Of a stretch of DNA of 64,000 bases, positions 13,491 through 24,106 are shown piece by piece. The DNA is from Lytechinus pictus. Taxonomy: Eukaryota. The stretch's first letter is position 1. Each line of letters begins with the position of its first letter. Location: NCBI RefSeq assembly GCF_037042905.1, contig NC_087246.1, forward strand, positions 13,578,001-13,642,000. The letters run 5' to 3'. A program made the position numbers and the translations under genes. Under the pieces are notes generated by a model. That model was not told where the DNA came from and searched no databases. It saw only the letters and a list, made by a program, of their open reading frames with translations.

Positions 13491-14509
13491 TTTCAAAGGT
13501 AATGATAAATGCTACAATTTTCTTCAATTTCTTCTTTAGAAGGTCCTTATTCATTCCCTGTGTTTCGAAATGTGTTTTTAAAGAAATGATTATCTTTCTG
13601 TCTACATGCTTTGTTATATGGGAATTGTATGGTATGTTTTGTACATTTACCATTCATGTATTTTGACGTATTTTTTTCTATTTTGTCTGAAGGAAGAAGA
13701 AAAAAACCCAATACAATAAGCAAGTCGATCAATCATTATTACCTGATGTGTTTCTCTCAATATGAAGTATGGAGTAAGAAATTAAAAGTGTTTTAATTCG
13801 AGAAAGGAACCATTGTAAAACTACTAATTATAATAAAAAATATTACATTCTGGGTAAAGAATCAAGTTTAGCTGACTTACTTTACGATTAAAGTATTTTC
13901 CTTTTCAATACATAGATGTCATTACGTTTGTTATCCATAGAATTTGGTTAAAGCAAGCCTGAACTAGGTTTAACTCAATCAATAAACTCTGTGTGTTTTC
14001 ATATTATAATGTCCAATATTTACTCTCTTGTCTCCATTTGATAAAGAGATGCCGTCTTGCAATTTAACCATCTACATCAGTCAGAATGATGTACATTAAA
14101 TACAACTTACTGTTGTTTTTTAAACCATGGAAGAGCAGTAGAACGGAAGAACTAATTCTGATTCCATAATGATTTTGTTTGGAAAGTAAAATGTTGAGAT
14201 TAAGCATATCGAATACCTTACTCAGTTCACAGAATATTCTAATTACTTGCTCTTTGTTTTCTATGTCATTTTGAATTGTTCATACATTTGATTTTAATTC
14301 AAGTCAGTAGGGTGTTTTTCCTGAACCACATTGATTCGAATGAAGAATCACGTAGTTTTCGATGAATATTTTTTTTCGATGCTTGACTTTGATAGATGCC
14401 AAATATTAGCTTGTCTTTATTAATAATAACATCTTTAAATTATACATTTATTTCTGATCACACAGTATGCAATTACTTCTTTAAAAATGATTACGATTAA
14501 GTTATATAC

Positions 14510-15003
14510 TGTAATGTAGTGATTGTATAAATCACTACATACATATAGCCTAGACGTCATAAATGTAAAATACCCCTTCTAAGAACCATCCCTTTTTATG
14601 TCCATACCCCCTTCTCAGAACCCCTATTCATTTATTTAATCCACGCCAATAAAAACCCCTATTGTTAATAGTTCAAGCAACCCCTAATCATAGAACAAAC
14701 AACTGCCTTCCCCTTCCCAATGATCAAACCCCCCTTTTGTCCTATACCCAAACACTTGGATTATGATTTATGTAGAAGCTTGAATATATATTGAGTGTAC
14801 ATCCAAGGGTGGAGGTTAGATAAGTTAAGATCATCACAGAGTTAAGATCTACATCGACGTACGTTGTGATACGCTTTTCAACTCTACATGTAATATTGCT
14901 GAAGACTGATTATTAATAAAGTTTCTTGATTGAATTTTACATCGATTGTTCCTGTCTGGTCATTGATGCTCCCAACTAAGATATGAACGATCCCAACACA
15001 ACA
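14510..15003 (+). repeat. 5' LTR
   Basis: TGTAATGTAG...CACAACA; identical to 22941-23434 except G14722 versus A23153; contains AATAAA. Confidence 0.97.
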
Positions 15004-15018
15004 TGGTGGAGAACCCGG
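15004..15018 (+). promoter_or_regulatory. Primer-binding site (tRNA-Ala-like)
   Basis: TGGTGGAGAACCCGG directly follows the 5' LTR. TGG pairs with the tRNA CCA end, and TGGAGA matches the ...UCUCCA 3' end typical of tRNA-Ala. Confidence 0.7.
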
Positions 15019-15863
15019 CTTTTTATTCACTAGTGCTATAGAAGACTGACACTTATTTACCCTTGGAGTAGGTGTCGAAAGCCTGTAGAGTGGTGCGTCA
15101 GAAGACTTATCATATCACATATATGTTCATCAAAATCTTCAACAACAACAACAACAAAAGTTAATAATGAAATAGGAGGAAAACTTTGGACCAGGGTCAG
15201 CGACGATCGACAACATTTACTCAGCTCACTAGATGACGAAAATTAGGAACCTCCTAGCCTACAGTGACAGTGATCTCCAGCCAAACTGTACACAACCAAA
15301 AACAGAAATGACGCTGCATGCCAGAGACGGATAAGACACAGACGACGGATGACTGGAGAGACGACGGATGACTGAAGGGACCTCGACAGCTGTGATGACT
15401 TCGGAAGACGACAGCCATATGTGTGACACAGCAACTGGATCAACGGACAGACCATTGAGAACTGAAGGACTTTGATGCTCGACTACCTTTTCCTTGGATC
15501 GATGTGGATGTTATTCGGCCATATGACTTTTAATAACTTTTTTTTATGAGACCAATCTAATAATTTCATTCTGATGTCCTTCTACATTTGCTTGGTTACT
15601 TTGGTAAGTGAAACACTTTTCATTGTTCCGACCCATGAGTGAGAGCGAGAGATGATATTTATATAGAATTCCTTTGTATCTATGGTTTATCTATTGATTT
15701 CGACAATTACATGGTACTGTTAGATTTAATACCTTGTCCTAAAATTTAATTTCGTTTTGGTATAAAACAGTGTAGGAGTAGATTCCCCCTCTTAAAGTTC
15801 TGGATAAATATTAAGCTGAACATTGCCTACCAATTACTGAACAGTAATAATTTGACCATTAAT

Positions 15864-16877
15864 ATGACCACCACAACATCGACATCGAATATGCCACGAC
15901 ATACACTACGACAGACGGACTTTCTTCCATCCCGGTTTTCTGGCGATCGGCTAGATAGGGACGACTCGACTGCACATTTTCTGACATTTGATGATTACCT
16001 GGACGCACACAATATAGACTCAACTGACCCCGCCCAATTTCAGACAATACTCCGATCTTTCCGTCGCACATTGCAGGGACAGGCTAGACTATGGATAGAC
16101 GGACTGACTTTTAATTCATATGACGACTTAAAAGACGGGTTTGTAAGGAGGTTTAGCCCAGCTAAGTCTTCATACAGCCATGTTAGGGACTTTAACACAA
16201 TGACGATGACTGATGGGGAGAGCGCAGAGGCGTATCTCCAGCGACTTCGACAGACTGCGTCTTACATCAATTATGGCGAGGCACAGATTAAACACAGATT
16301 GCTTGATTCTCTGCCTAATGAATGCCGCGCTACAATATTGATGTCTGCCTCAGCCTCTGACATAACTTCTGACGAAATAGCAGCTAAGGCGCAGCTATTT
16401 CTTGACTTAAGAAAGGACTCGACTCCACAGACAAAAGAGCTGACCTTCTCTGCCCAAGCAGAAATTGATCTTCTCAGAGAGGAGATAAATTCAATGAAAA
16501 TAACCGACACCCCCAATAATGACAGAGACCGTGGGAGAGCTCCTAATCGACGATCTCCGACACCACGACGAAACAACCTTAATAGGAGTAGCGACCGTAG
16601 TTTTTCCCAACGACGACAAGACCGAAGTCGTGATCGGTATCGTGACTATCAGTATCATGATACTAGACGCGGTAAGAGCCCATACCGCCATAACCGTGAC
16701 TTTACTGACCGTCGACCCAGACTGACATGTGACTATTGTCGCATTCCAGGACATGTCTGGCGGGAATGTCGACGACGACTTAGGGACATGGAGACACAGC
16801 CACGACGTGACTATGGACAGCGACAACAATACTACGGACAACGGACGGGCTACGGCCAACAGCAACAGGATTTTTAA
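15864..16877 (+). CDS. gag: Retrotransposon Gag
   Basis: Capsid-like segment (FSGD...LQGQARLW...SYDDLKDGFVRRF...GESAEAYLQRLRQ), an R/D/S-rich region and a CX2CX4HX4C knuckle (CDYCRIPGHVWREC). First ATG at 15864. Confidence 0.92.
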   Translation: MTTTTSTSNMPRHTLRQTDFLPSRFSGDRLDRDDSTAHFLTFDDYLDAHNIDSTDPAQFQTILRSFRRTLQGQARLWIDGLTFNSYDDLKDGFVRRFSPAKSSYSHVRDFNTMTMTDGESAEAYLQRLRQTASYINYGEAQIKHRLLDSLPNECRATILMSASASDITSDEIAAKAQLFLDLRKDSTPQTKELTFSAQAEIDLLREEINSMKITDTPNNDRDRGRAPNRRSPTPRRNNLNRSSDRSFSQRRQDRSRDRYRDYQYHDTRRGKSPYRHNRDFTDRRPRLTCDYCRIPGHVWRECRRRLRDMETQPRRDYGQRQQYYGQRTGYGQQQQDF

Positions 16878-16917
16878 GACGGGAAGGAGTCAACAGCGCT
16901 CGTTATCTTCCTTCCCG
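16868..16917 (+). promoter_or_regulatory. Programmed -1 ribosomal frameshift signal
   Basis: G_GAT_TTT heptamer before the gag TAA, a 5-nt spacer, then a stem CGGGAAGGA (16880-16888) / TCCTTCCCG (16909-16917). Pol lies in the -1 frame. Confidence 0.8.
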
Positions 16918-19900
16918 ATCTAAAAATCAGACCAGGCCTGACATTGACTTAACATCGACTCATTTAGGAACCGAAGATGTAGAACTTAAGTTGACAGATA
17001 GAAACTTTGTGAAAGGTCGCTTACCAAATGGCAAGAATGTGTTCATTTTGTTCGATAGTGGAGCAACCAAGACCATAATCTCCGCTAATTATGTTCAATC
17101 ATCTTCCTACCTTTCTAATCTCCCTAAACAGAAAGTAAGACCAGTTAGGTTTAAAATCGGAAACGGTCAATTCCTAACGGCATTTTCTGCTATCAAACTA
17201 CATGTATTCATTCAAGGTCATAAGTTTGAAATCTCTGCTTTGGTAGTAGACAATCTTGTGGGAGTAGACATGATACTGGGCAACAATTCCCTTTCTGATT
17301 TAGACGGTACTCTCCATTTTAGGAATCATGTATTCAAGATTAAATCTAAGAAGGTCTCATTTGCCCCCACTAGCAAAATGACCATTGACCCTGGCACTTC
17401 TAAATTTGTGACAATACATGGCAAAGCCCCATCCCACTTGCGCAATTCTGATGTCATATTGACAGCAAACAGTTACTTAGGCAGGCATTGTCCATCTACA
17501 ATGATAGTCAAGTTGGTTAAGGGACAAACACAGCTACTTGTAACTAATTCAACAGACAAGCCAGTCCATTTGGCAAAGGGTAGACCAATTGCATTTTTAG
17601 ACACTAGCGATCTTATAAATGTGACCCATGATTTGCCAGTCAATGACATTAACATGACTTTAAACTCTATGGACAATTTGAATGTGACACAGACAAATTC
17701 CAAAACAGAGGCAGTTAGAATTAATAACTTGGAGAGATACCCCCACCTTGACTCCGATGATCCCATTGTTGACATGACAGAAGAGGAGATAATAAAGAAA
17801 CACATTGACCTGACTGGAAGCATTCTGTCTCAAGATGAAAGGCAGGAAATAGTTCGCGTTTTGATGGATAATAGAGATGCATTTTCTCTCTATGGCGAAC
17901 TATCTAGTTGTCCAAATTTTGAGGTAGATATTGAACTGACTAACAACGAACCATTTTTCATACGACCTTACTTTGCAACTGAAACTGACAAGACTAAGAT
18001 AGAGTATGAGCTAAGCAAACTTGTCAAATTGGGAATTTTGGAAGTAGGACATCAGTCATATACTTCACCTGTGCTCCTTCTTTCTAAGAAAAACACCACT
18101 GACAAAAGGGTTGTGACAGACTTTCGCTATCTCAATTCAAGAATCAAGCGAATAAATCACCCATTCCCGCTACTTTCTGAAACACTCAAACGCATTGGCA
18201 ATGCTAATACAAGAGTTCTTAGTGTGATTGATTTGAAGTCAGCTTTTCATTGTATTCCCTTATCTAAATCAGCTCAAAAATACACAGGCATCGCCTCATA
18301 TCATGGTGGTAAACATTACTTTTATAAGCGATTAGCTCAAGGCTTGAATGTTTCCCCTGCTATCTTTCAGGCAAAGATTGATGATATTTTGGGGTCGATC
18401 CCCAATTCTCGACAATTTTGCATAGCCCACCATGACGATATTATACTATTTAGCCGTGACAAGACTACCCACCGGTCACATTTAGTAGATGTATTGAAGG
18501 CCCTCTCTGACAATGGACTAAAAGTTAGCCCAAAGAAGTGCAAACTTTTCCGCACTGATGTTGATTATATGGGACATAGAATTACCATTAATGAGGCAGG
18601 AGAGGCATGTTTCCAGCCCCTACGTGATAGGTGCGCTGCCATTCATACCATGCCCAGACCAAAGACTCCAAGACAAGTTAGGAGACTAGTGGGAGCAGTT
18701 AACTATGTTGCAGGATTTTTCCCCAATATACAATCTATTCTCAAACCACTACATCAACTGACAAGGAAGAAAAACAAGTTTCTTTGGACTGACCAACACG
18801 AGACTGCCTTCAATAAAGTAAAAGAGCTCATGACCAACCCCCCTATCTTACACATGCCCCAAAGTACAGGACGATTCTCTTTATACAGTGACACTTCTCG
18901 GACTGCTACTGGCTCATACTTAACTCAACTTATCAATGGTAAGGAACGAATCATTGGTTATTACTCAAAAGTACTACCAAGCGCATGTGAAAGGTATAGT
19001 GTGACAGAGCTAGAACTATTTGGTTTGTTGATCAATATTTCTGCCTTTAAGCATTTGCTTAAGGGATGTGAATTTAATGCTTTTGTCGATCACAGCTCAA
19101 TTGTTCAGATTTTGAAATCAAAAGAAGCACCATGCACAACACGGTTGCAGAAGTTGATTTTGAAATTGTCAGAATACTCATTTCAAATAGGATACAGAAA
19201 GGGCACTGACATTGTTTTGGCAGATTTTCTTTCTCGGGCCCCATCTGGGGACCACGATGAGATTGACAGGGTTGTCCCTATTTCCTACTGCCTGTTTGAT
19301 GAGAGTGATTTAGTTCAAGTGGACACTCTCCACCCAGTTCAGTCCTGTGATAGGAGGGTAACACGAGCTTATGCTAAGAAAATGGGAATAGATATTCCCG
19401 AGATTTTCCCTAACAAAGCTCAGAGTCCCATTAACACAGACACACGCGTGGGTCCGCCCACAACACCAGATAACCCAATGCCTCCTACCAGACCTACCAA
19501 CCAACCCCAACGACTAACCAATCACAGGCCAGCACCTGCCACATCCACCAGACAGGAGCCAATATTTGACGGCCTAGACAGTACAAGTTCACATTCTAGG
19601 CATTTACCCCCCTTTTCCAACACTACACATGAGCCTAGACTAGTTGACAGGCACAATGAGACTAAGACAAACAATAACGACCACTATAGAGATGTACCTC
19701 CTAATCTTTACACCCCACCTAAGCCACTAACCAGAAAGGTAGAAAACATAATAGCTGGACATATCCCTAAACAACAGGAGCTAGATAGGATTACTGATAT
19801 CATCAAACGAAAGATAATTAGAGATTACAACCTTCCCATTGACTTAAGAGAGCTTAAAACAGAACAGCAGTCATCACCATTCTTCAAGCCTGTGTATGAT

Positions 19901-21649
19901 TTCTTAGCCCATGATATTCTGCCCAGTGACAAGAAGGCAGCAAAGGCTATTAAGTTGAAGGCAGAAGAATATATCCTTTGTGATGGTGTTCTTTTTAGGT
20001 TATTCTTTATTAAGGATGATGACTTCAGACTGCAACTTGCTATACCTGAAACTTTGACTGACACTATTATATCTCAATACCATGACAACCTACTCAGTAA
20101 TCACCAAGGGACCCAACGTACATATTTGACAATAAGACGCAACTTCTTTATGCCAAATATGTTTGAACGAATTAACAACTACGTTAAAGCATGCCTGCGT
20201 TGCCAACAATTCCGTGGCAAGCCTGACAAGACTAGACCATTTCATACTAGGGTACCGGACTCTTACAGACCATTTGACCGCATTAGTCTCGACTTTAAGA
20301 CTATGCCGACTTCTGGGACTGGATTTAGACATCTGATGGTGATATGCGATGAAATATCTCGCTTTGTTATTTGTGCGCCTCTGAAATCTCTTGATGCAGA
20401 GACGATATGTGAGGCATTGATCCAGAAAGTGGTTTGCATTTTTGGACCACCATCATGTCTAGTGACTGACGCAGCATCCTCACTGACTAGCAAACTACTG
20501 ACGACCTTATGTTCAGCTTTGAACATTGACCAGAAGGTAATTAGTGTAGAGAATCATGGGAGTCTGCACGTAGAACGGCACATTCGCACCCTTTCGAATT
20601 TCCTCAAGGTCAACCTGAATCAGTTTGGCACCGATTGGGTTCGATACATTTCTACTACATCGTATGCCTACAATTCATTTTCTTCCCCACACCTCGGTGA
20701 CCACAGTCCATATCAGCTTGTTTTTGGTAGGGAGCCCCCAAATTTAACTGCTTTGTCTTTCAATCCTATGTCTGGTCTATCACGGTCATACAGCGAATAT
20801 ATTGACCATTTGAAAAAGAAATTTGACCATATCTCGAAGACAATGCTCTCTTTACAGAGAAAGCAGCAAGATAAACAAAATGCAGAAATTGGAAACAAAC
20901 TGGGGAAATCACCCATTTACTCCAGAGGACAATTAGTCTATTTGTATAAACCTACCTCATCTTCTTTGACTGCAAACTCTAAAAAGATTGCAGCTGAATG
21001 GGTTGGGCCATTAGTTGTTCATGATGTGTTAGATCGAACACATTACCTTTTGGCTACATTAAAGGGAGAAGTCTTGCGAGATGTGTTTAATTTCAATAGA
21101 TTAAAACCTTGCTTCATGAAAGCATCTGATGAGAGGAAACATATTACACACATACAAAAGTTGAAGGAAGCTTTAGGGAAGAAAACAACTGCTCAAGAAC
21201 AAGGGAAACAAAACACTGAAAAACCATCAGTGAACTTCATCAATGAGAATGATGAGAAACTTCCAGAGTTCAATGCTGAGCAAGTTATGTGTACCCAGCT
21301 ATCAGGCCCAATCAATGATTCAGATTACTTGCATGCAATAGCGGACAACAATGGGATAGCTGCCCCCAGACCCTTGACAAAGACCGACCTGGAAAGACAG
21401 TTTGAAATGCTTATGAATGCCCCCATTGATAAGAACATGACTCTTCATAGAGGACGTTTTAAGAATGGACATTTACAATTCCTGACCTCATTTGACCAAA
21501 GCTCTAATAACACCACCAAACAAGTAAGATTTTGGTGGAATGTCGATTTGTATAGAGGCACGGACGATTTAATTAATGACATATTGACTAATAGACAAAT
21601 ACCAATAACAGGGTCCCCAGCAAGATTTTACAAGTCTCTGTATGTGTAA
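16868..21649 (+). CDS. pol: Retrotransposon Pol polyprotein (protease-RT-RNase H-integrase), entered by -1 frameshift
   Basis: Frame is open from the gag end; the ORF track starts it at TTG 16991. Motifs: ILFDSGA protease; IDLKSAF and HHDD RT; SDTS/ELE/VDH/ADFLSR RNase H; H-H-CLRC zinc finger; SLDF/VTD/VER DDE core; WVGPL GPY/F-type motif. Confidence 0.95.
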   Translation, partial: GFLRREGVNSARYLPSRSKNQTRPDIDLTSTHLGTEDVELKLTDRNFVKGRLPNGKNVFILFDSGATKTIISANYVQSSSYLSNLPKQKVRPVRFKIGNGQFLTAFSAIKLHVFIQGHKFEISALVVDNLVGVDMILGNNSLSDLDGTLHFRNHVFKIKSKKVSFAPTSKMTIDPGTSKFVTIHGKAPSHLRNSDVILTANSYLGRHCPSTMIVKLVKGQTQLLVTNSTDKPVHLAKGRPIAFLDTSDLINVTHDLPVNDINMTLNSMDNLNVTQTNSKTEAVRINNLERYPHLDSDDPIVDMTEEEIIKKHIDLTGSILSQDERQEIVRVLMDNRDAFSLYGELSSCPNFEVDIELTNNEPFFIRPYFATETDKTKIEYELSKLVKLGILEVGHQSYTSPVLLLSKKNTTDKRVVTDFRYLNSRIKRINHPFPLLSETLKRIGNANTRVLSVIDLKSAFHCIPLSKSAQKYTGIASYHGGKHYFYKRLAQGLNVSPAIFQAKIDDILGSIPNSRQFCIAHHDDIILFSRDKTTHRSHLVDVLKALSDNGLKVSPKKCKLFRTDVDYMGHRITINEAGEACFQPLRDRCAAIHTMPRPKTPRQVRRLVGAVNYVAGFFPNIQSILKPLHQLTRKKNKFLWTDQHETAFNKVKELMTNPPILHMPQSTGRFSLYSDTSRTATGSYLTQLINGKERIIGYYSKVLPSACERYSVTELELFGLLINISAFKHLLKGCEFNAFVDHSSIVQILKSKEAPCTTRLQKLILKLSEYSFQIGYRKGTDIVLADFLSRAPSGDHDEIDRVVPISYCLFDESDLVQVDTLHPVQSCDRRVTRAYAKKMGIDIPEIFPNKAQSPINTDTRVGPPTTPDNPMPPTRPTNQPQRLTNHRPAPATSTRQEPIFDGLDSTSSHSRHLPPFSNTTHEPRLVDRHNETKTNNNDHYRDVPPNLYTPPKPLTRKVENIIAGHIPKQQELDRITDIIKRKIIRDYNLPIDLRELKTEQQSSPFFKPVYDFLAHDILPSDKKAAKAIKLKAEEYILCDGVLFRLFFIKDDDFRLQLAIPETLTDTIISQYHDNLLSNHQGTQRTYLTIRRNFFMPNMFERINNYVKACLRCQQFRGKPDKTRPFHTRVPDSYRPFDRISLDFKTMPTSGTGFRHLMVICDEISRFVICAPLKSLDAETICEALIQKVVCIFGPPSCLVTDAASSLTSKLLTTLCSALNIDQKVISVENHGSLHVERHIRTLSNFLKVNLNQFGTDWVRYISTTSYAYNSFSSPHLGDHSPYQLVFGREPPNLTALSFNPMSGLSRSYSEYIDHLKKKFDHISKTMLSLQRKQQDKQNAEIGNKLGKSPIYSRGQLVYLYKPTSSSLTANSKKIAAEWVGPLVVHDVLDRTHYLLATLKGEVLRDVFNFNRLKPCFMKASDERKHITHIQKLKEALGKKTTAQEQGKQNTEKPSVNFINENDEKLPEFNAEQVMCTQLSGPINDSDYLHAIADNNGIAAPRPLTKTDLERQFEMLMNAPIDKNMTLHRGRFKNGHLQFLTSFDQSSNNTTKQVRFWWNVDLYRGTDDLINDILTNRQIPITGSPARFYKSLYV

Positions 21650-22928
21650 GCTTTAATCTCTTTACAATAGTGTATACCCTCTTGTAATTTTATAGATATA
21701 TTGTACCTTTGTTATTCCTGGAAGAGTTTACTTCCTAGATAATGTTATAACTCATAATGGTTTGAATAAGACCCGTATATATCTGCAAGCAATTAGTAGT
21801 CAAAATCTTGATGAAGGTACGTTTTATTGTTGTGTCGAATTGAACACATGTTAAAATGCATTTGTTCATGAACATAAAGTTATATATCAAAGTTCATCAA
21901 TATGATGACATAACAAGTTTGAATATACTCTTGTTAAGTGGTACTGAACAGGTTTGAATTTACTTGTTAAACTTTTTTTTCATTTAATATGATTATAAAA
22001 GGAAATTCATGACAGGTTAGGTTGTTAGTGACTCGAGTTTCTATGTTAATGCTTCATATGCAGTATAATTAGGCCCATTTAAGCCCCGGATTTAAGCATA
22101 GACACACTTTCAATACCTAGAGCGCACCTGTTTTTCTTATATATAATCATGTTGGAATATCACATTTGTATCTTTGATTTCGTTTATCATCAGAGTATGA
22201 TGAGAATTTATCCATTAATGGTCGATAGCAGTAAAAAGATAGACACACTGACAAACTTAGCTTATATATTGTTAATAAAATATTACATATACAGTTCAGT
22301 GGTATTTATACCTTTAACCTTAACTGATACCAGATTTGTTTAACTTATATTATGAAAAGAGTTGTTATCCATTGCTGAATTGCCTTGGCTAGTAATAAGA
22401 ATATTTGAAACATATAATACATTATTGTTATTGATACTTGAATTGTTATTCTAGTTTTTACAATTCTCTTCATTTTTACTTTGTTTTTTAAGTGCATAAG
22501 TCTGCACAAGTTATGATTATTTTGTTTAGTTTAAGTACATAATGTGCACTGGTTTCTGAACAAAAATTGCAATTTATGTTTTTAATTTTGACTAGGGTTA
22601 GCATTACGTCAAATTTTATCATTACCACGATTATGGAATGGTTTCTGCTAATCATTTAATATGAATTTACTGTATATATGTATATAGGTTTGAAGTATTT
22701 GTTTGGGAGAGAGAATGAGCGAAAGAGGACACGGAACAATGATCAAATGTTTCACATATCGTTTTCTTTTCTATATTTTTTGTATTTACTTTATAATGTA
22801 TATATTTTCTTTTCTATTTCTCTATATTGACTTTATAATGTATATAGTTCATTAACCCCAGGGTATCTATTCCTCTGATTTTGCTTTCTTTGATTTTTTT
22901 TCCACATGGAGGGGAGCCTCAATTTTCC

Positions 22929-22940
22929 AAAGAAAGGGGA
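22929..22940 (+). promoter_or_regulatory. Polypurine tract
   Basis: AAAGAAAGGGGA abutting the 3' LTR. Confidence 0.85.
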
Positions 22941-23434
22941 TGTAATGTAGTGATTGTATAAATCACTACATACATATAGCCTAGACGTCATAAATGTAAA
23001 ATACCCCTTCTAAGAACCATCCCTTTTTATGTCCATACCCCCTTCTCAGAACCCCTATTCATTTATTTAATCCACGCCAATAAAAACCCCTATTGTTAAT
23101 AGTTCAAGCAACCCCTAATCATAGAACAAACAACTGCCTTCCCCTTCCCAATAATCAAACCCCCCTTTTGTCCTATACCCAAACACTTGGATTATGATTT
23201 ATGTAGAAGCTTGAATATATATTGAGTGTACATCCAAGGGTGGAGGTTAGATAAGTTAAGATCATCACAGAGTTAAGATCTACATCGACGTACGTTGTGA
23301 TACGCTTTTCAACTCTACATGTAATATTGCTGAAGACTGATTATTAATAAAGTTTCTTGATTGAATTTTACATCGATTGTTCCTGTCTGGTCATTGATGC
23401 TCCCAACTAAGATATGAACGATCCCAACACAACA
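22941..23434 (+). repeat. 3' LTR
   Basis: Direct repeat of the 5' LTR, preceded by the polypurine tract. Confidence 0.97.
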
Positions 23435-23435
23435 A

Positions 23436-23957
23436 TACAGTGCGTCCCACAAAAAGGATACCCGTTTCCTGAGACAGATATCACAATTGTTAAATATGTT
23501 TTTACTACAGTTTTGATATCTATAATAAGAGTAAATTCTGAACTTTAATATTTTGATTTGATATGAGACCAACATCCTGGCAAATCGTTCGCACATGGCA
23601 GATTAAAAACAATAAATGCTAAGGCATGTCAGAAATGATTTGCCCAGAAACTCACGTGTGAATCTGAATCCACTCTCATTTCATGGATCAGTGAGAGATA
23701 CTTAAAAAAGAATTACAAAATAAATGCTAATGAGCCAATCGTCGAATAAGCACGGTCGCCGATCACGAACCAATCTTGTTCAATTTTTCTGCTCAACCTG
23801 ATTCCGACATTAAACGTTCAAACTCGTCTTGCTCCTAAATGCGTGAAGTGTGTTTTTCTTACATTAGGTATAAAAATATAAAACAATAATTGAATGGTAT
23901 CATGATGTAAATGAATTTTCCTTTGAAGAAAAAAGACATAGGAATCCCAGTTGCTTT
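23436..23957. mobile_element. Possible Tc1/mariner-type element end
   Basis: TA followed by a CAGTGCGTCCCACAAAAA terminus. The partner TIR was not found; the sequence runs into the gap. Confidence 0.35.
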
Positions 23958-24106
23958 NNNNNNNNNNNNNNNNNNNNNNNNNNNNNNNNNNNNNNNNNNN
24001 NNNNNNNNNNNNNNNNNNNNNNNNNNNNNNNNNNNNNNNNNNNNNNNNNNNNNNNNNNNNNNNNNNNNNNNNNNNNNNNNNNNNNNNNNNNNNNNNNNNN
24101 NNNNNN
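23958..24106. other. Assembly gap (149 N)
   Basis: Run of n characters. Confidence 1.

Larger units (their letters stand above)
14510..23434 (+). mobile_element. Full-length Ty3/Gypsy LTR retrotransposon
   Basis: Two 494-bp TG...CA LTRs, 4-bp TSD ATAC (14506-14509 and 23435-23438), PBS, PPT, gag, and pol in PR-RT-RH-IN order. Confidence 0.97.

Noticed and set aside
14111-14207. Alternative first coding exon of gene B (MLNLNILLSK...)
   Set aside because: 11117-11003 gives a better signal peptide, an accATG context and the same 115-nt length as gene A exon 1.
15859-20916. Short antisense and alternate-frame ORFs inside the retrotransposon
   Set aside because: These are shadow ORFs of gag and pol with no recognisable motifs.
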